Below are positions 26,100-39,571 of a stretch of 64,000 nucleotides of DNA, piece after piece. Positions within the stretch are counted from its first letter, which is position 1, and each line of letters begins with the position of its first letter. The position numbers and the translations under genes were made by a program. Origin of the DNA: Mobula hypostoma (lineage: Eukaryota); assembly GCF_963921235.1 (NCBI RefSeq), contig NC_086097.1:79920001-79984000 (forward strand), written 5' to 3'. The notes under the pieces are model-generated. The model was not told where the DNA came from. It ran no database searches and saw only the letters and a list, made by a program, of their open reading frames with translations.

Positions 26100-28020
26100 G
26101 GAAAGTGCAGGAGGTTCAACATGACCTCCGAAAGGCCATCTCATATGCAAAGTGATAATTTGGATTAAATTTGAAGCACACTTGGCAACTGTGGCAGGGC
26201 TTGAAAGCCATCACCTCATACAAAGCAAAACCTAGCAACATAAATGGTAACGAGGTTTCACTTCCAGAGTAGCTTAATCCATTTTATGCTTGCTTTGACC
26301 AAAACGCACGACTACCTCCAACAATGATCTAGGACATAAAAGCAAGGGTGTAATGCTGAGGCTTTATAAGGCATTGGTCAGACCATGTTTAGAGTATTGT
26401 GATAAGTTTTGGGACTCACATCTAAGAAAGGATATGCTGGCATTGGCAAGTGTCCAGAGGAGGTTCACAAGAATGACACTGGAAATGAAAGGGTTAACTT
26501 AAGAAGAGTTCAGAAGAAAAATGAGGATATCATTGAAAACTACCAAATACTGAAAGTCCTGCATAGAGTGTACATGGAGAGGATGCTTCTAATAGTGGAA
26601 GCGTCTAGAACCAGAGGGCACAGCCTCAAAATAGAAATACATGCCTTTAGAACAGAGATGAAACGTAACTTCTTTAGCCAGGGGGTGGTGAATCTGTTGA
26701 ACTCATTACCACAGAAAGCTGTGGAGGCCAAACCTTTGGGTATATTTAAAGTGGAGGGTGATAGATTCTTGATTGGTAAAGATGTCAAAGGTTTTGTGGA
26801 GAAGGCAAGAGAATGGATTTGAGGGGGAAAATAAATCATCCATGTTTGAATGGCTGAGCAGACTGATGGGCCAAATGGTATATACATCAGGATGCCCTTT
26901 ATTGACAACAGTTCAGCATTGAACTCGTCATCTCCTCGAAGCTCATCGCTAAGATCCAAGACCTGGACCTCAGTACCTCCCTGTGCAACTGGCTCCATGA
27001 TTTCTTAACTGTTAGTACAGATTTGTACAGTAATATTTTCTCAACACATCATCAGCACAAGAGCATCACAGGCCAGTGTGCTTAGCTCCCTGCTCTACTC
27101 ATTCTATGCTTATGACTGTGTGGCTACAATGCAATATTTAAGTTTGATGACAACACCACTGTTGTTGGCTGAACTAACGGTGGTTTTGAATTAAACAATG
27201 TCATCAAAACCAAAGAGCTGATTATCAACTGCAAAAGAAAGAAGCTGGAGGTTCATGAGCCAGTCCTCATTTGGGAAACGTAGGTGAACAGGGTCAATAG
27301 CATTAAATTTGTTGACATTAACATATCAGAGTATCTGTCCTCGGACCAACACGTAAGCGTCATCACAAAGGAGGCATGACATTGTCTTTATTTTCATAGA
27401 ATTTTGTGTAGATGCGGCATATCACCAAAAACTTTGACAAATTTCTACAGATGTACAGTGTAAAGTATCCTAACTGGTTGCATCTCGGTTTGGTTTGGTA
27501 TGGAAGTACCAATGCCCAGACATGGAAAAGGCATGGAAAGTAGTGGATACAGCCCAGTCCATCACAGGCAAAGCCCTCCTCACCATTGGGTACATTTACA
27601 TGCAGCACTGACACAAGAAAGCAGCATCCATCATCAAAGACCCACACCATCCAGGCCAAGCCCTCTTCTCACTGCTACCATTGACTAGGAGGTACAAAAA
27701 TTTTAGGTCCCACACCACCACGTTCAGAAACAGTTATTACATCACAACCATCAGGCTCCTGAACTGGCAGGAATAACTTCATTCACCAGCACTCTAAACC
27801 ATGACCTACAGACTCCTATTCATAGACTCTTTACAACTCATGTTGTTAGTATTATTTTCATTACACAGTTCGTCTTCTTTTTCACATTGGTTGTTTGTCA
27901 GTCTTTACCTATGTATGTATACCATTTTTCATTGAATTCTATTGTAACTTTCCCTGTAAACGTCTGCAAGAAAATGGCAACATATACATACTCTGGTAAC
28001 AAATTTACTTTGAACTTTAA
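26100..28020 (+). mobile_element. Rex1/Babar-like LINE remnant interrupted by a CR1 3' fragment (about 26330-26878)
   Basis: Rex-like RT and 3' pieces flank CR1 motifs (SRTRGHSLKI, NFFSQGVVNL). Confidence 0.7.
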
Positions 28021-28455
28021 TTTACTCCTATGGATTCAATGTCCACCTATTGGTTCACATTCAGACATATTTTATAAATAGCATTGTTCAGACTTACTAG
28101 CACCATTATCATGGAATGTTGTGCACTTCAATTATTTCTTCTCTCTAATTATCTTTTCCCTGAACAGTCTCCCAATTTCCATCATGTCAGATGTCTAAAC
28201 CTGCATTTTACACCCACTTCTATAGACGTGTGGAGTAGACTGGTTGTATCATGGCCTGGTATAGAAATAGCAATGCCCTTAACTGGAAAAGCATACAAAA
28301 AGTAGTGGATATGGCCCAGTCCATCACAGGTAAAACCTTCCATACCATTGAGCACATCTACTAGGAACAGTGTCTCAAGAAAGTAGCATCCATCATTAAT
28401 GACCCCCACCATCCAGACAACACTCTCTTCACTGCTGTCATCAGAACGGAGGCAC

Positions 28456-31400
28456 TGTGACAAGAGTCATTGCTAAAGATGGTTTGGATCCAAATGCTGG
28501 AGTATCCAAGGCTCGGATTGAGACACAGAATAAAACTGGATTGAGAACTGAGCACAAAACGCTAGATGATATCTCTGGCTGGGCTTAAGATTGAGTACTG
28601 AAGCTTCATTCAGGTGCTCTTTAAATCCTCAATTCTTGGTGCCCAAAACATGATTGCTAATTAGAAGGACAGTCCTGTATCCTTAAAGGTATCCATACTA
28701 CGGAGAGTTAGAGCGTCTAAACCTCAGAAGCTGGTGCAGTTGAGGGGCATCTCGTAACAGGAACCCCTCCCTTACAGCTGACTCCTGATGGCCCTGGCTG
28801 CTTGGAGAGAGAGTAATGGTAGTCATGGATGAGAACCGGATCCAAGATTACCTTCAGACGCCCAGCAACTTTCATCAGGTTTAAATCCTTCCCAGTTCAC
28901 GAGGTACTGCCAAAGACCCCGAACAGTTTGAGAGTCCAAAAGTCTTCTAACCATGAAGCCCTCTCCTCCATCGATAAACCTGGATGGTGGTGGGGCTGCT
29001 GGTGATGGAGCTAATGGGCTGGTGCTAATGGGTTTTAATTTAGAGGAGCTGCAAGGTGTAAGCCACCAGGTTTATGTCCCTCAGGAAGGGTCCAATGAAC
29101 TTGGTGCCATCTTTCTAGACTCCACCCAGAGAAACAAATCATGAATGGACAGCCAGACCTGTTACCCTGGCTGCAAAGGGGGTCCCTGTCTTCTCCTTCA
29201 GTTCGCATTGGTCTCCACCTTCCAGGTAGAGGCCAGCAAAATCTCTCTTGCCTTTATCCATTTCTGCTTGCAGTGTTGGATGAAATATTCAGCCACAGGA
29301 ATCCCAACCTTGGCCTCCTGTTCTGTAAAGAGTGGTGGATGATAACCAAACTAGCATTTGAACAGTCACATCCCATATGCCAAATGCTATAGGGTGTTAT
29401 GGGCAACCTCTGCCACACCACTCCTCAGGTCTTTGAAACCAGGCATCTTAGGGTTTGTTCCAAATCTTGGTCGGTCCAGTCAGTCCGGCAATTTGACTGC
29501 AGGTGAAAACCAGAGGAAAGACTTGTTGTTGTCACAATCAGCTTACAGAATGTCCTCCAGAAATATGATAAGAATTACGGACCATGATCCGAGACAATGT
29601 CCGCAGGGAATCCATGGGACATGAAGACCTGGTGCAGGACAATTTCAGCCATCTCTGCTGCAGATGGTAGCTTATCTAAGACAATGAACTTGCAGGCTTT
29701 TGAAAACTGATCACAAGTTACCATGATAACAGTCTTCCACTTGGATGGCAGAAGATCTGTGACAAGGTCTATAGAGATGTGCACCCATGGTCTTTCCAGA
29801 ACAGGTAGGAGGTGGAAGGTCCCCTTTGAGGTTGGGTGCAGGGCTCCTTGTTCCGGGCACAAACCTCGCACGCCTGCACGTACTGCCAGGCCTCTTTCGT
29901 CATTCCGACCACCAATACCTTCTCTTGATAAACTCGAGGGTCCTGGCAATCTCTGGATGAGCAGTCATTCTCAATCAAGGTCCCCATTGGAGTGCCTGAG
30001 AACAGACTGAACTTGGGGTAAACAGCCAACCCAGAGGACCATTCTAAGGAATCTCCCATTGCGCTTAAGTCTTGCGAACAAGAACACCGATTCCCCAATG
30101 AGTTGGCGCTACCACCTTAGCTCGGGGTTAAATGGTGGTAGGATGCTCTTCTCATTTCGGTTTGTCAAACTGACAGGACAAGACATCTGATTTCTGGATT
30201 TTTGATCCAAGTTGGTAATGTCAAGATGAAATTAAAGCAGTTAAAGAACAAAGGCCTCCGGGCCTGCCTGGAGTTCAGTCTCTTGGCCTCCTGAATATAA
30301 GCCAGGTTCTTGTGATCTTTCCAAACCATAAAAGGGTTCTTGGCCCACTCTAGCCAGTGACACCATTCCTCCAAAGCTAACTTAACCATAAGGAAGCTCC
30401 TGATTCCTGATGTCATAATTTCCCTCTGCCGGGATAGCAATGCACATGGAGAAGAATGCACACGGGTGCAGTTTCCTATTGCTGTGACAACACTGCACCC
30501 ACTCTAATGTCTGAGGTGTCCACCTCCATGATGAATAGAATGTCCGGGTTAGGAGAAACCAAGATGGGAGCTGATGTGAATCGCAGTTTAAGCTCTGCAG
30601 AAGCAGTCTCCGTTTCGGTAGTCCAGACGAAATGGCCCATGGATTTCTTATCGTCGTCAGTGGAGCTACCACCATGCTCAAGTTCTTCCTGATGAACTTC
30701 CAGTAAAAGTTTGCAACCCCAGGAATCATTTGACACTGGCTGGTTCTGGCCGGTCTCTGACTGCCTGGGTCTTAGGTAGGGTGCACCATGAAATTGCCAT
30801 TGAAGATGAAGAAACCCAAAAATGAAATGGTCATCGCCACATGAAATTTGGACTTCTCCAGCTTGACATCAAGTCCAGAAGCCTCTTTAAAATGTCCCCT
30901 ACATGAGTGACATGCTCCTCCATGGACTTCGCGAAGATTAAGCTATCATCCAAGTCGACCAAGGTGTACTTATGAAGAATATTCCAGAGCATGTAATTTA
31001 TAAAGGCCAGAAAGACCGCTAGAGCGTTCACAATGCCGAAGGGCATAACCAGGTCCTCACAGTGTCCCTTCGGTGTATTGAATGCGGTCTTCCACTCATC
31101 GCTCTCCTTTATACAGATCAGATTGTATGCACTCTGCCGGTCTAGCTTCATGAATATTCTTGCCCCTTGGAACATCGCGAAGGCCATATTCATGAGTAGA
31201 AGGGGAGAACAATTCTTGGTTGTTCTGCTGTTTAACCTCCTATAATCAATGCATGGCTGCAGGCTCCCATCTTTCTTTTGTACAAAGAAGAAGCCAGTGA
31301 CAGCTGGTGAGGTGGAGGGCCAAATGAAGTTCATGGCAAGAGCCTCCTTTATGTACTCCTCCACTGTGCTTCTCTCTGGGCCTGAGAGCGTGTACAATTG

Positions 31401-33659
31401 ACCCCTCTGAGAGCAAGTACCAGGCAGTAGATCTATAGTCGTATGGTTGGTGCGGTGGAAGAGTTGAGGCCTTTCCCTTGCTGAAGACTTCCTCTAACTC
31501 CTTGTAGATGGAAGGGATTTTGACTAGTTTGAGGACTGCAGTCTCCTCCTCTGGACTTCCCTTTGAGGATGACTCCTAAGGCTTCTTAAGTGGCAGGGGT
31601 GATTTAACAGACCTCAGAGCCCCCCTCCCTAGGTTCACAAAACTTGTTCATAGAACCTGTGGCCAAATTAGAGTCCATATCCTGGTCTGTATCCTCAAGC
31701 AAAGCGAGGCATTGCAAATGGTTTTTGCCCACCTCCACCAGGAATAGGCTTTAAGGATCTACATATAGGAGTCTTTCCTTCCCTTGAGACCTGGCGGCTG
31801 GGTTCCTTAGGCTTAGCGGCAAGTGTTCCAGACTACTTAGGTATCTCCTTGGTCTCCTCCTGAACTAGAGATTCCCTCTCTCTAGTAGCCATGCTGTCCT
31901 GATTACATTGGGTATGGACATGCACAGTCCTGTTGGCCAGGACTGGCTTGTCTGTCCTCAAGGGCAGGACTAGGTCTCCAGAAGGTCTCAGGTTACCTCG
32001 TACTGAAGGCTGCCTCCTTGTTGGTCATTGGTCTCGGGAGAGTCTAGGGGTTGGAACACCATGCTGCAAACATATCCTCTAACAATGACTGGACCAAGCA
32101 AAGATTCTTCTCTCCCTCCAGTCCACGCATGGGTTATGCTGGGACAGCCAAAGGTACCCAAGGACCAGGGGTATGAGGGGTGACTCAATGATGTAGAAAT
32201 TAATGTCTTCCACATGACTTTACATCATTCCCAGTTGTGGGCAGGGAATGGCTCAGCTCTCGCAGCGATACGTCGAGATGACTGGCAGTTCCTAAATCCA
32301 GAAAATTACCTGTTGCCTCACAGTCTACAAGAGCCTTCACCTGCCTCTGGTTCTTACCCCAGGTGATCTCCACCTCCCATCACAGTCACAGTCCTCCCAT
32401 CACTGGATAGTCTTTGTTGTTCTCCTAATGGCTGCAGCCTCAGGCACTTGGCCCAAAGGTGACCCATCTCCCTGCAGTAATATAACAGCCTTGATTCTAA
32501 TGCCACGACATTTCATTGGCAGAGAGTGCAGCCAATCTGCATGGGTTTGACTGAGTCCTGAACAGGGGATGGGTCAGTTATGGTCCAAGATCGGGTGTGG
32601 AACTACAATGCGTTGAATCTGGACTCGGGCTAGCCCTCCAACCTCTTGATGTAATCCCACTTATGCTCAACTAGATGATTATTGAGACAAATGTATTGAT
32701 CAATCAGAACCTCTAAGTCTTCTGCTGGCTCTCCTAAGGCGAGGGCATCCTTCAGTTCGTCTCGGAATCTGTGATGATATAGAGTGGCCAAGGCCTTCCT
32801 GTTCCAGCCACTCTCTCGGGGCTAAGGTCCAAAACTCAATAGCATAGTCGGCTGCTGACAGACCACCCTGTCCAATCTTCATCAAACAGTCTGAGGCTTG
32901 GTTGGCTCCAGCTGGGTGATGGAACACATTCCTCATGGGGCCCATAAACTCTTCCAAATCCGAGCAAACTTCCGACCTTTGTTCCCAATGCGTGGTGGCC
33001 CAGGCCAGGGCTCTTCCAGTCAGAAGAGAGATAATGAAGACCCCTTTTCCACACTCTGAAGGGAACCGGGATGGTTGGAGTTCAAACATCGAGCATTGAA
33101 TGAAGAAGCTGCGACAAGAGCCCGGTTCACCATCAAAACTCTCCAGGGTTGGAAGAAGTATCGACTCCTCAGAGCAACCGATTGGCTCTCTCAAGTAATT
33201 CTGGCTTCCCCCTTGCAAAATTGACAAATGACTACCTGAAGGTCATGCATCTCCAAATTTTGTCTGGAAATCTTCTCGCTGTGGCTGGTCACAGCAGATG
33301 AAAGACTGTGATACCCTGCTGGGTCCATACTGGCTCAACCGTACTGTGAGAAGAGTCCTTGAAATAGCTTGGATCCAAACGCTGTAGTGTCTAAGGCTAG
33401 GATGAGACGCAGAATAAAACTGGATCAAGAACTGAGCACAAAACAAAATGCTAAACAATACCGCTGGTTGAGCTTACGATTAAGCACTGAGGTCTCCATT
33501 CAGATATTCTTTAAATACTCAATTCTTGGTGCCAACACATGATTGCCAATTAGCAGGACGGTCCTGAACCCTTAAAAAGGCTGCGCCAGCTATCCATACG
33601 CCAGAGAGTTAGAGCATGTAAACCCCAGAAGCTGGCACAGTTGAATACATCTCATAACA
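28456..33659 (-). mobile_element. Near-full-length decayed Ty3/Gypsy chromovirus (sushi-like)
   Basis: LTRs at 28456-28759 and 33345-33659 (TG...CA), TSD ggcac/ggtac, PPT gggagggg. Gag FDGEPGSCRSF...LTGRALAWAT, RT KKDGSLQPCIDYRRLN, RNase H EVDTSD, IN RPWVHISIDLV, chromodomain VRRLLDS...YLVNWEGF. The Rex-like host LINE rejoins across it. Confidence 0.95.
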
Positions 33660-33978
33660 GGTACAGGAGCTCAGGACCTACAACAGAAGGTTCAGGAACA
33701 GTTATTACCCCAAAACCATCAGTCTCTTGAAGCAGAGGAAAGAATCTCACTCCACTCACCCAAACACTGAACTGCTTCCAAAACCTACAGACTCACTTTC
33801 ACAGACTCTTCAACTCATGTTCTCGATATTTAATGCTTGCTTGTTTCTTGTTTGTCTGTTAATTTATCTGCCTGCTTATTTATTTATTTGTCATTTTCTT
33901 TGGGTTTACTGTGAAAGCCCAGAAGAAAACGATTCTCAGAATTGTATATGGTGACATATATATACCTACACACACACA

Positions 33979-35526
33979 CAGTGGTATGCAAAAGTTTGGG
34001 CACCCCTGGTCAAAATTTGTTACTGTGAATAGCTAAGCAAGTAAAAGATAAACTGATTTCCAAAAGGCATAAAGTTAAAGATGACACATTTTAACATTTT
34101 AAGAAAACTTCTTTTATTTCCATCTTTTACAGTTTCAAAATAACAAAAAAGGAAAAGGGCCTAAAGCCAAAGTTTGGGCACCCTGCATGGCAGTACTTAG
34201 TAAAACCCCCTTTGGCAGGTATCACAGCTTGTAAAAGCTTTCTGTAGCCAGCTAAGAGTCTTTCAATTCTTGTTTGGGGGATTTGTGCCCATTCTTCCTT
34301 GCAAAAGGCTTCTAGGTCTGTGAGATTGTTCGGCCGTCTTGCATGCACTGCTCTTTTGAGGTCTATCCACAGATTCTCGGTCAGGGGACTGTGAGGACCA
34401 TGGCAAAATCTTCAGCTTGCGCCTCTTGAGGTAGTCCATCATGGATTTTGAGGTGTGCTTAGGTTTATTATCCTGTTGTAGAAGCCATCCTCTTTTCATC
34501 TTCGGCTTTTTTACAGACGGTGTGATGTTTGCTTCCAGAATTTTCTGGTATTTAATTGAATTCATTCTTCTCTCTACCAGTAAATGTTCTCCGTGCCACT
34601 GGCTGCAACACAAGCACAAAGCATGATCGATCCACCCCCGTGCTTAACAGCTGGAGAGGGGTTCTATTCAAAAGGTTCAAAGGAACATCTAAACAAGTCT
34701 GATGCATTTTGGAAACAAGTCCTGTGGACTGATGATGTTAAAATAGAACTTTTTGGCCACAATGAGCAAAGGTACGTTTGGAGAAAAAGGGGTGCAGAAT
34801 TTCATGAAAAGAACCCCTCTCCAACTGTTAAGCACAGGGGTGGATCGATCATGCTTTGGGCTTGTGTTGCAGCCAGTGGCACGGGGAACATTTACTGGTA
34901 GAGGGAAGAATGATTCAATTAAATACCAGCAAATTCTGGAAGCAAACATCACACCGTCTGTAAAAAAGGCAAAAATGAAGACAGGATGGCTTCTACAACA
35001 GGATAATGAACTTAAACACACCTCAAAATCCACAATGGACTACCTCAAGAGGTGTAAGCTGAAGGTTTTGCTATGGCCCTCAGAGTCCCCCGACCTAAAC
35101 ATCATCAAGACTCTGTCGATAGACCTCAAAAGAGCAGTGCATGCAAGATGGTCAACAATCTCACAGAACTAGAAGACTTTTGCAAGGAAGAATGGGCAAA
35201 AATCCCCCAAACAAGAATTGAAAGACTCTTAACTGGCTACAGAAAGCATTTACAAGCTGTGATACTTGCCAAAGGTGTTAGTAACCCCCTTTGCAGGGTG
35301 CAGGGTGCCATGCAGGGTGCCCAAACTTTTGCTTTCGGCCCTTTTCCTTTTTTGTTATTTTGAAACTGTAAAAGATGGAAATAAAAACGCTTACTTGCTT
35401 AAAATATTAAAGAAATGTGTCATCTTTAACTTTATGCCTTTTGGAAATCAGTTCATCTTTTACTCACTTAGCTATTCACAGTAACAGAAATTTTGACCGG
35501 GGTGCCCAAACTTTTGCATGACACTG
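33979..35526. mobile_element. Foldback Tc1 (IR/DR type) derivative built from two transposase 3' halves
   Basis: TIRs cagtggtatgcaaaagtttgggcaccc / gggtgcccaaacttttgcatgacactg with inner DR copies. DDE-domain motifs (WTDDVK, LQQDN, SPDLN) on the plus strand; the C-terminal part is mirrored on the minus strand. Confidence 0.92.
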
Positions 35527-35552
35527 TGTGTGTGTGTGTGTGTGTTTCTGTG

Positions 35553-35583
<31 letters not shown>
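35527..35583. repeat. (TG)n/(TA)n/(CA)n compound microsatellite
   Basis: Directly visible; mirrored by (TA)n(CA)n at 33955-33980. Confidence 0.9.
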
Positions 35584-35584
<1 letters not shown>

Positions 35585-35829
35585 TTGATAATAATTTTAT
35601 TTTGAAATTTGTATTTTTGAACTTTGAACCCTTTCCTACCATTCACCTCTTTACTATATTTCACGCCAGATCTAGTGCTCTCTCTCCATTACAATCTTCT
35701 GTCTTCTCCTACCTTTTTTTTATCTTTTCTATTTCCTTATGGTATAGAAGGAGATGGATTCAGCTCATGAAATCTATGCTATCAAAACAATCTCTTTTCC
35801 CCACTTAATTCCCTGTAATCTATTCTTTC

Positions 35830-36030
35830 ACATATGCTCACTAACATCCCTTTAATCCTAATGTCAACCACTATACTGGGGCAATACACAGGAGTCAATT
35901 AACCGAACAACCAGTTAATATTTGAGGAAACAACAAGGGGAAAGCCATGCAATCACAGGGGTAGTGCACAGACACCACACTGCCAACATTACAGGTTATA
36001 ATCAAACAAAGGTCACTGGAGCTGTGTGAA
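35830..36030 (-). mobile_element. Old degenerate V-SINE
   Basis: Resembles 10345-10620. Confidence 0.5.
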
Positions 36031-37368
36031 GCTGCACTACCTGCATTGCACTACACTGCACTACAGCACCACTCGGCCATGCTTTAATCTTGACAGCTCC
36101 CAGAAACAGAGAACCTTTGTCCCTTTTCCTCTCGTATCCTGCAGAGTTTGCCTACAAATATCAGTGGTATGTTTCATGAACCGGAAACCTTTCTGGAACA
36201 TTATCTACCTGGGGACAGAGTACTTCACACTCTTTATGTATATTGCTTCCCTTCACTTTTCAATCAATTGCAAGATTTACTTTTCTCAAAGTACTTTGCA
36301 AAAACTTACACTGGACCTCACTTTATTACCTCAGTCTTCCAAGAAATAGTGCACTTCTTGAAGGCAAAAGACATCCTCCCCCACCTCTGCATCAAACTGT
36401 ATCAAAACTTATTTTTGTACCTGGCATTTAATGACGCTCTAAATTGTTCTAAACATACAATAGCTCTTTCAAAGAATATCATGGGCACAAAAGGTGTTAT
36501 AGATTCTACGAAAAATAAACTGCAATGTATATTATTAAAACAATAATGGAATACTGTTAAAAAAAACATTTAGTTCAAATTCTTAACATTGTTGGGTAGA
36601 TCATAAAGACCAAATCCTAGATGACTCATTAGAGCCAATTTTTTTTTCGTTATATAGAGATCCAGCACAATAGCCACTCAGGGCATGTTTTAAGATGCCT
36701 TCTTATTTCCAGAATTCCTGCCCATCATGAAATTGAACCTGGCTCAATACCCTGAGCTTAGCTCCCATTTTGCCAGTTACATCCACAAACAAAATGAAGT
36801 TAGCCTACTAACAGAAGTTGGAACCTTAACATGCAACTAATGATTTTATTTTCAAACCCCAGTAAAACAAACAGCAACTTCATAGCATTCATCAGCATTG
36901 ATAGGTAAATTAAAGAGGCTATGGCCAAAACTTGTTGAAAACTTGGTGACAGATTATGTTACAATCATTTTTACATGCTGCACTTTTCTGCACAGATGTC
37001 AAACAAAGAATAAATATCTCCATATAATGCAATTCATGGCATTGGCATTGGGGCTTATTAGACCAGATGTCCATGCACAGAAGAGCACCACACTCTCTCC
37101 AATCTCACAACTCTTTTTTTTACCTTATTTCAGCAGCAGTCTCTTTGTTATTGAGTTGTGTTAGTCATGTGGAGTGTATTTGAAATATCAGAATCATTTT
37201 CCAATCAAAATCAATAATTCTAATTCTTGTTATAAAAATCAGCAGAATTGAAATTATACCACTGCAACATAGGACTGGTAGATTTAAACAATGTAAAAGC
37301 AAATTATCATTTAAGAGTGCATCAAGTATTTGTCAGAGTTTGAACAAAAACCTGCCTATGTTCTAGTA

Positions 37369-38917
37369 CAGGTTTCCCCCACCATCCGAAGGTAGAGCTT
37401 TCCTATGAAACGGTTCGTAAGCCGAAATGTCGTAAAGCGAAGAAGCAATTACTATTTATTCATATGGGAAAATTTTGTGAGCGTTCGCAGACCCAAAAAT
37501 AACCTACCAAATCATGCCAAACAACACATAAAACCTAAAACAGTAACAAATAGTAAAAGCAGGAATGATATGATAAATACACAGCCTATATAAAGCAGAA
37601 ATACTTTTCCACAATCATTACTGGACTGTTCTCCGTAGCGAAAATCTCACACAAGCGCCGTTGGCAGAAAATCTCACACAAGTGCTGTTGGCAATAAACA
37701 CTCTCCAGTAACCTTATGAAGCTGCCAAATCATACCAAATAACACGTAAAAATACACAGCCGATATAAAGTAGAAATAATGTATGTACAGTGCAGTATCA
37801 CTTACCGGAATTGGGACAGCACAGAGCACACGGATGATGGTGTGTTAGGCTGAGTCATCGGAGTTCGGGTGGTGCGGTGGCCCCCACCCTCCAGGCCGCC
37901 AACCAGTACATTGCCGCGAAGCATGCAGGAATACAGCGGTAGCCGGGAGGCACACAGCACATCTTTAAGAAAAAAGTCAAAACAAACATGCTAATTAATT
38001 AGGTGCCGCCCAGCACGTAATTGTCGGCCCAGATCAGCGCCAATTTCCGATTGCGTCGCCTCTGATCTGGGCCAACAATTATGTGTCGGTGGCACCTAAT
38101 TAATCAGCATGTTTATTTCGGCTTTTTTCTTAAAGATGTGCCGTGTGCCTCCCGGCTACCGTTGCATCCTCCGCGAATCAGTATCTGTCCATGGCCTGGG
38201 GGTTGGAGTGGTGGGACACTGGGGTGTCATCTCATCATCTGTTTCCATGAGGGCAGGCAGCTCATCTTCTCCTGTGACTGCCTGCCTCGATGTCGAAGGT
38301 CGAGGTTCGTCGTCTGCTGTGGCTGATGTGGAAGGCTTGCTTGACTGCTGAGCCTCGCACATTTTTCTAACATACAGTTCTTTGTAAGGACTCAAACCAT
38401 CCCGGAAATATCCCCTAAACCAACGTACCCTTTCAAAATTAAAGTCCTACTTTATCATTACTCATTCAGTTTCGATTGTTCTCCTTTCCTCTTCCAGCTC
38501 TTCGTCTGTCAGATCTTGGTCATGGGATGCCAAAACCTCTTCAACATCATGTTCGTCAGCTTCCACAAGCCAAACTCATGTTGTCCTTACTTCTTTCACC
38601 ATGATCAAAATGCTTAATTATATCTAGTTTTATGCTAAGTGTAACACCCTTATGAGCTCTTTTAGGCTTTTCCGATACTTTACAACTCATCTTGCAAATG
38701 GCTGCTCACAGGTTCGTGTTTAAGCAATGCTGACAAGAATACCGTTCCGAATCCCAGGAGAGCGGCTGCTCAGGGCGCGCGCTGCCTTTTATTGCGCGCT
38801 GCTCTTTTTTTCGTAACAGTGAAAACACCTTCTGAAAGCGAAAACAGGGTACTAATGTAGGTCTTTCGTAACGGTGAGGTTTCGTAAAGTGAACGTTCGA
38901 AAAGCGGGGGACACCTG
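37369..38917 (-). mobile_element. Non-autonomous Tigger/pogo-like DNA transposon
   Basis: TA TSD on both sides, TIR caggtttccccc...gggggacacctg, subterminal ttcgtaa repeats, acidic C-terminal transposase remnant DVEEVLASHDQDLTDEEL. Confidence 0.85.
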
Positions 38918-39571
38918 TATCTGGTTTAGACTTGGAAATATAATATCTTCGTTTATGTGAGAGCTTATATGAGCTGTAGAAAAAAATAATTTGTCATTTT
39001 CCATCATGTTGTGATTTTCTGATTGATAAACGTATTTTTTAATTTTGTCTGGTCACTTCTTAACACGCACATTTATATTCTAAAAATAGCTATATTTTAA
39101 TCTACTTTAATTCCAGGCAATTTAACACTGTCAATAATAATATAAGGAATGAGATCAGAAAAACCAACTGATTCTAGAAATTGTAGCAAATAATTTCATT
39201 TCACCTGCAAGTAATTTCTATCCATGCCCTTTTCTCCTAAAAGCAGAAAACATTTGCTTTTCCATCAACATTATGAGTTAGATTCACATGGTAACAACCA
39301 AGAAATCAGAAAAAAACAAATTCTGTATTTTCTAACAGACTAGAATAGAATTTGCAGTTAATGTAATGAATGTTAACATTCATTAATGTAATCAAATCAT
39401 CTTGCATGTGTAAGCATGAAGTTATTAATCATATAGACCCTTATGATGATTATAATGTTTATAAACTTTTGTTTTCATTGACAGAAATGCTGGAAACACT
39501 CAGCATGACAAGCAGAACCTATGGAAAGAGAAGAAGCTGAAACATTAACTGCTTTTAATTTAGATTTCCAA

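Noticed and set aside
36026..36546. Overlapping ORFs of 107-132 aa
   Set aside because: No host-protein motif; at best a very decayed Penelope-like RT fragment, too weak to call.
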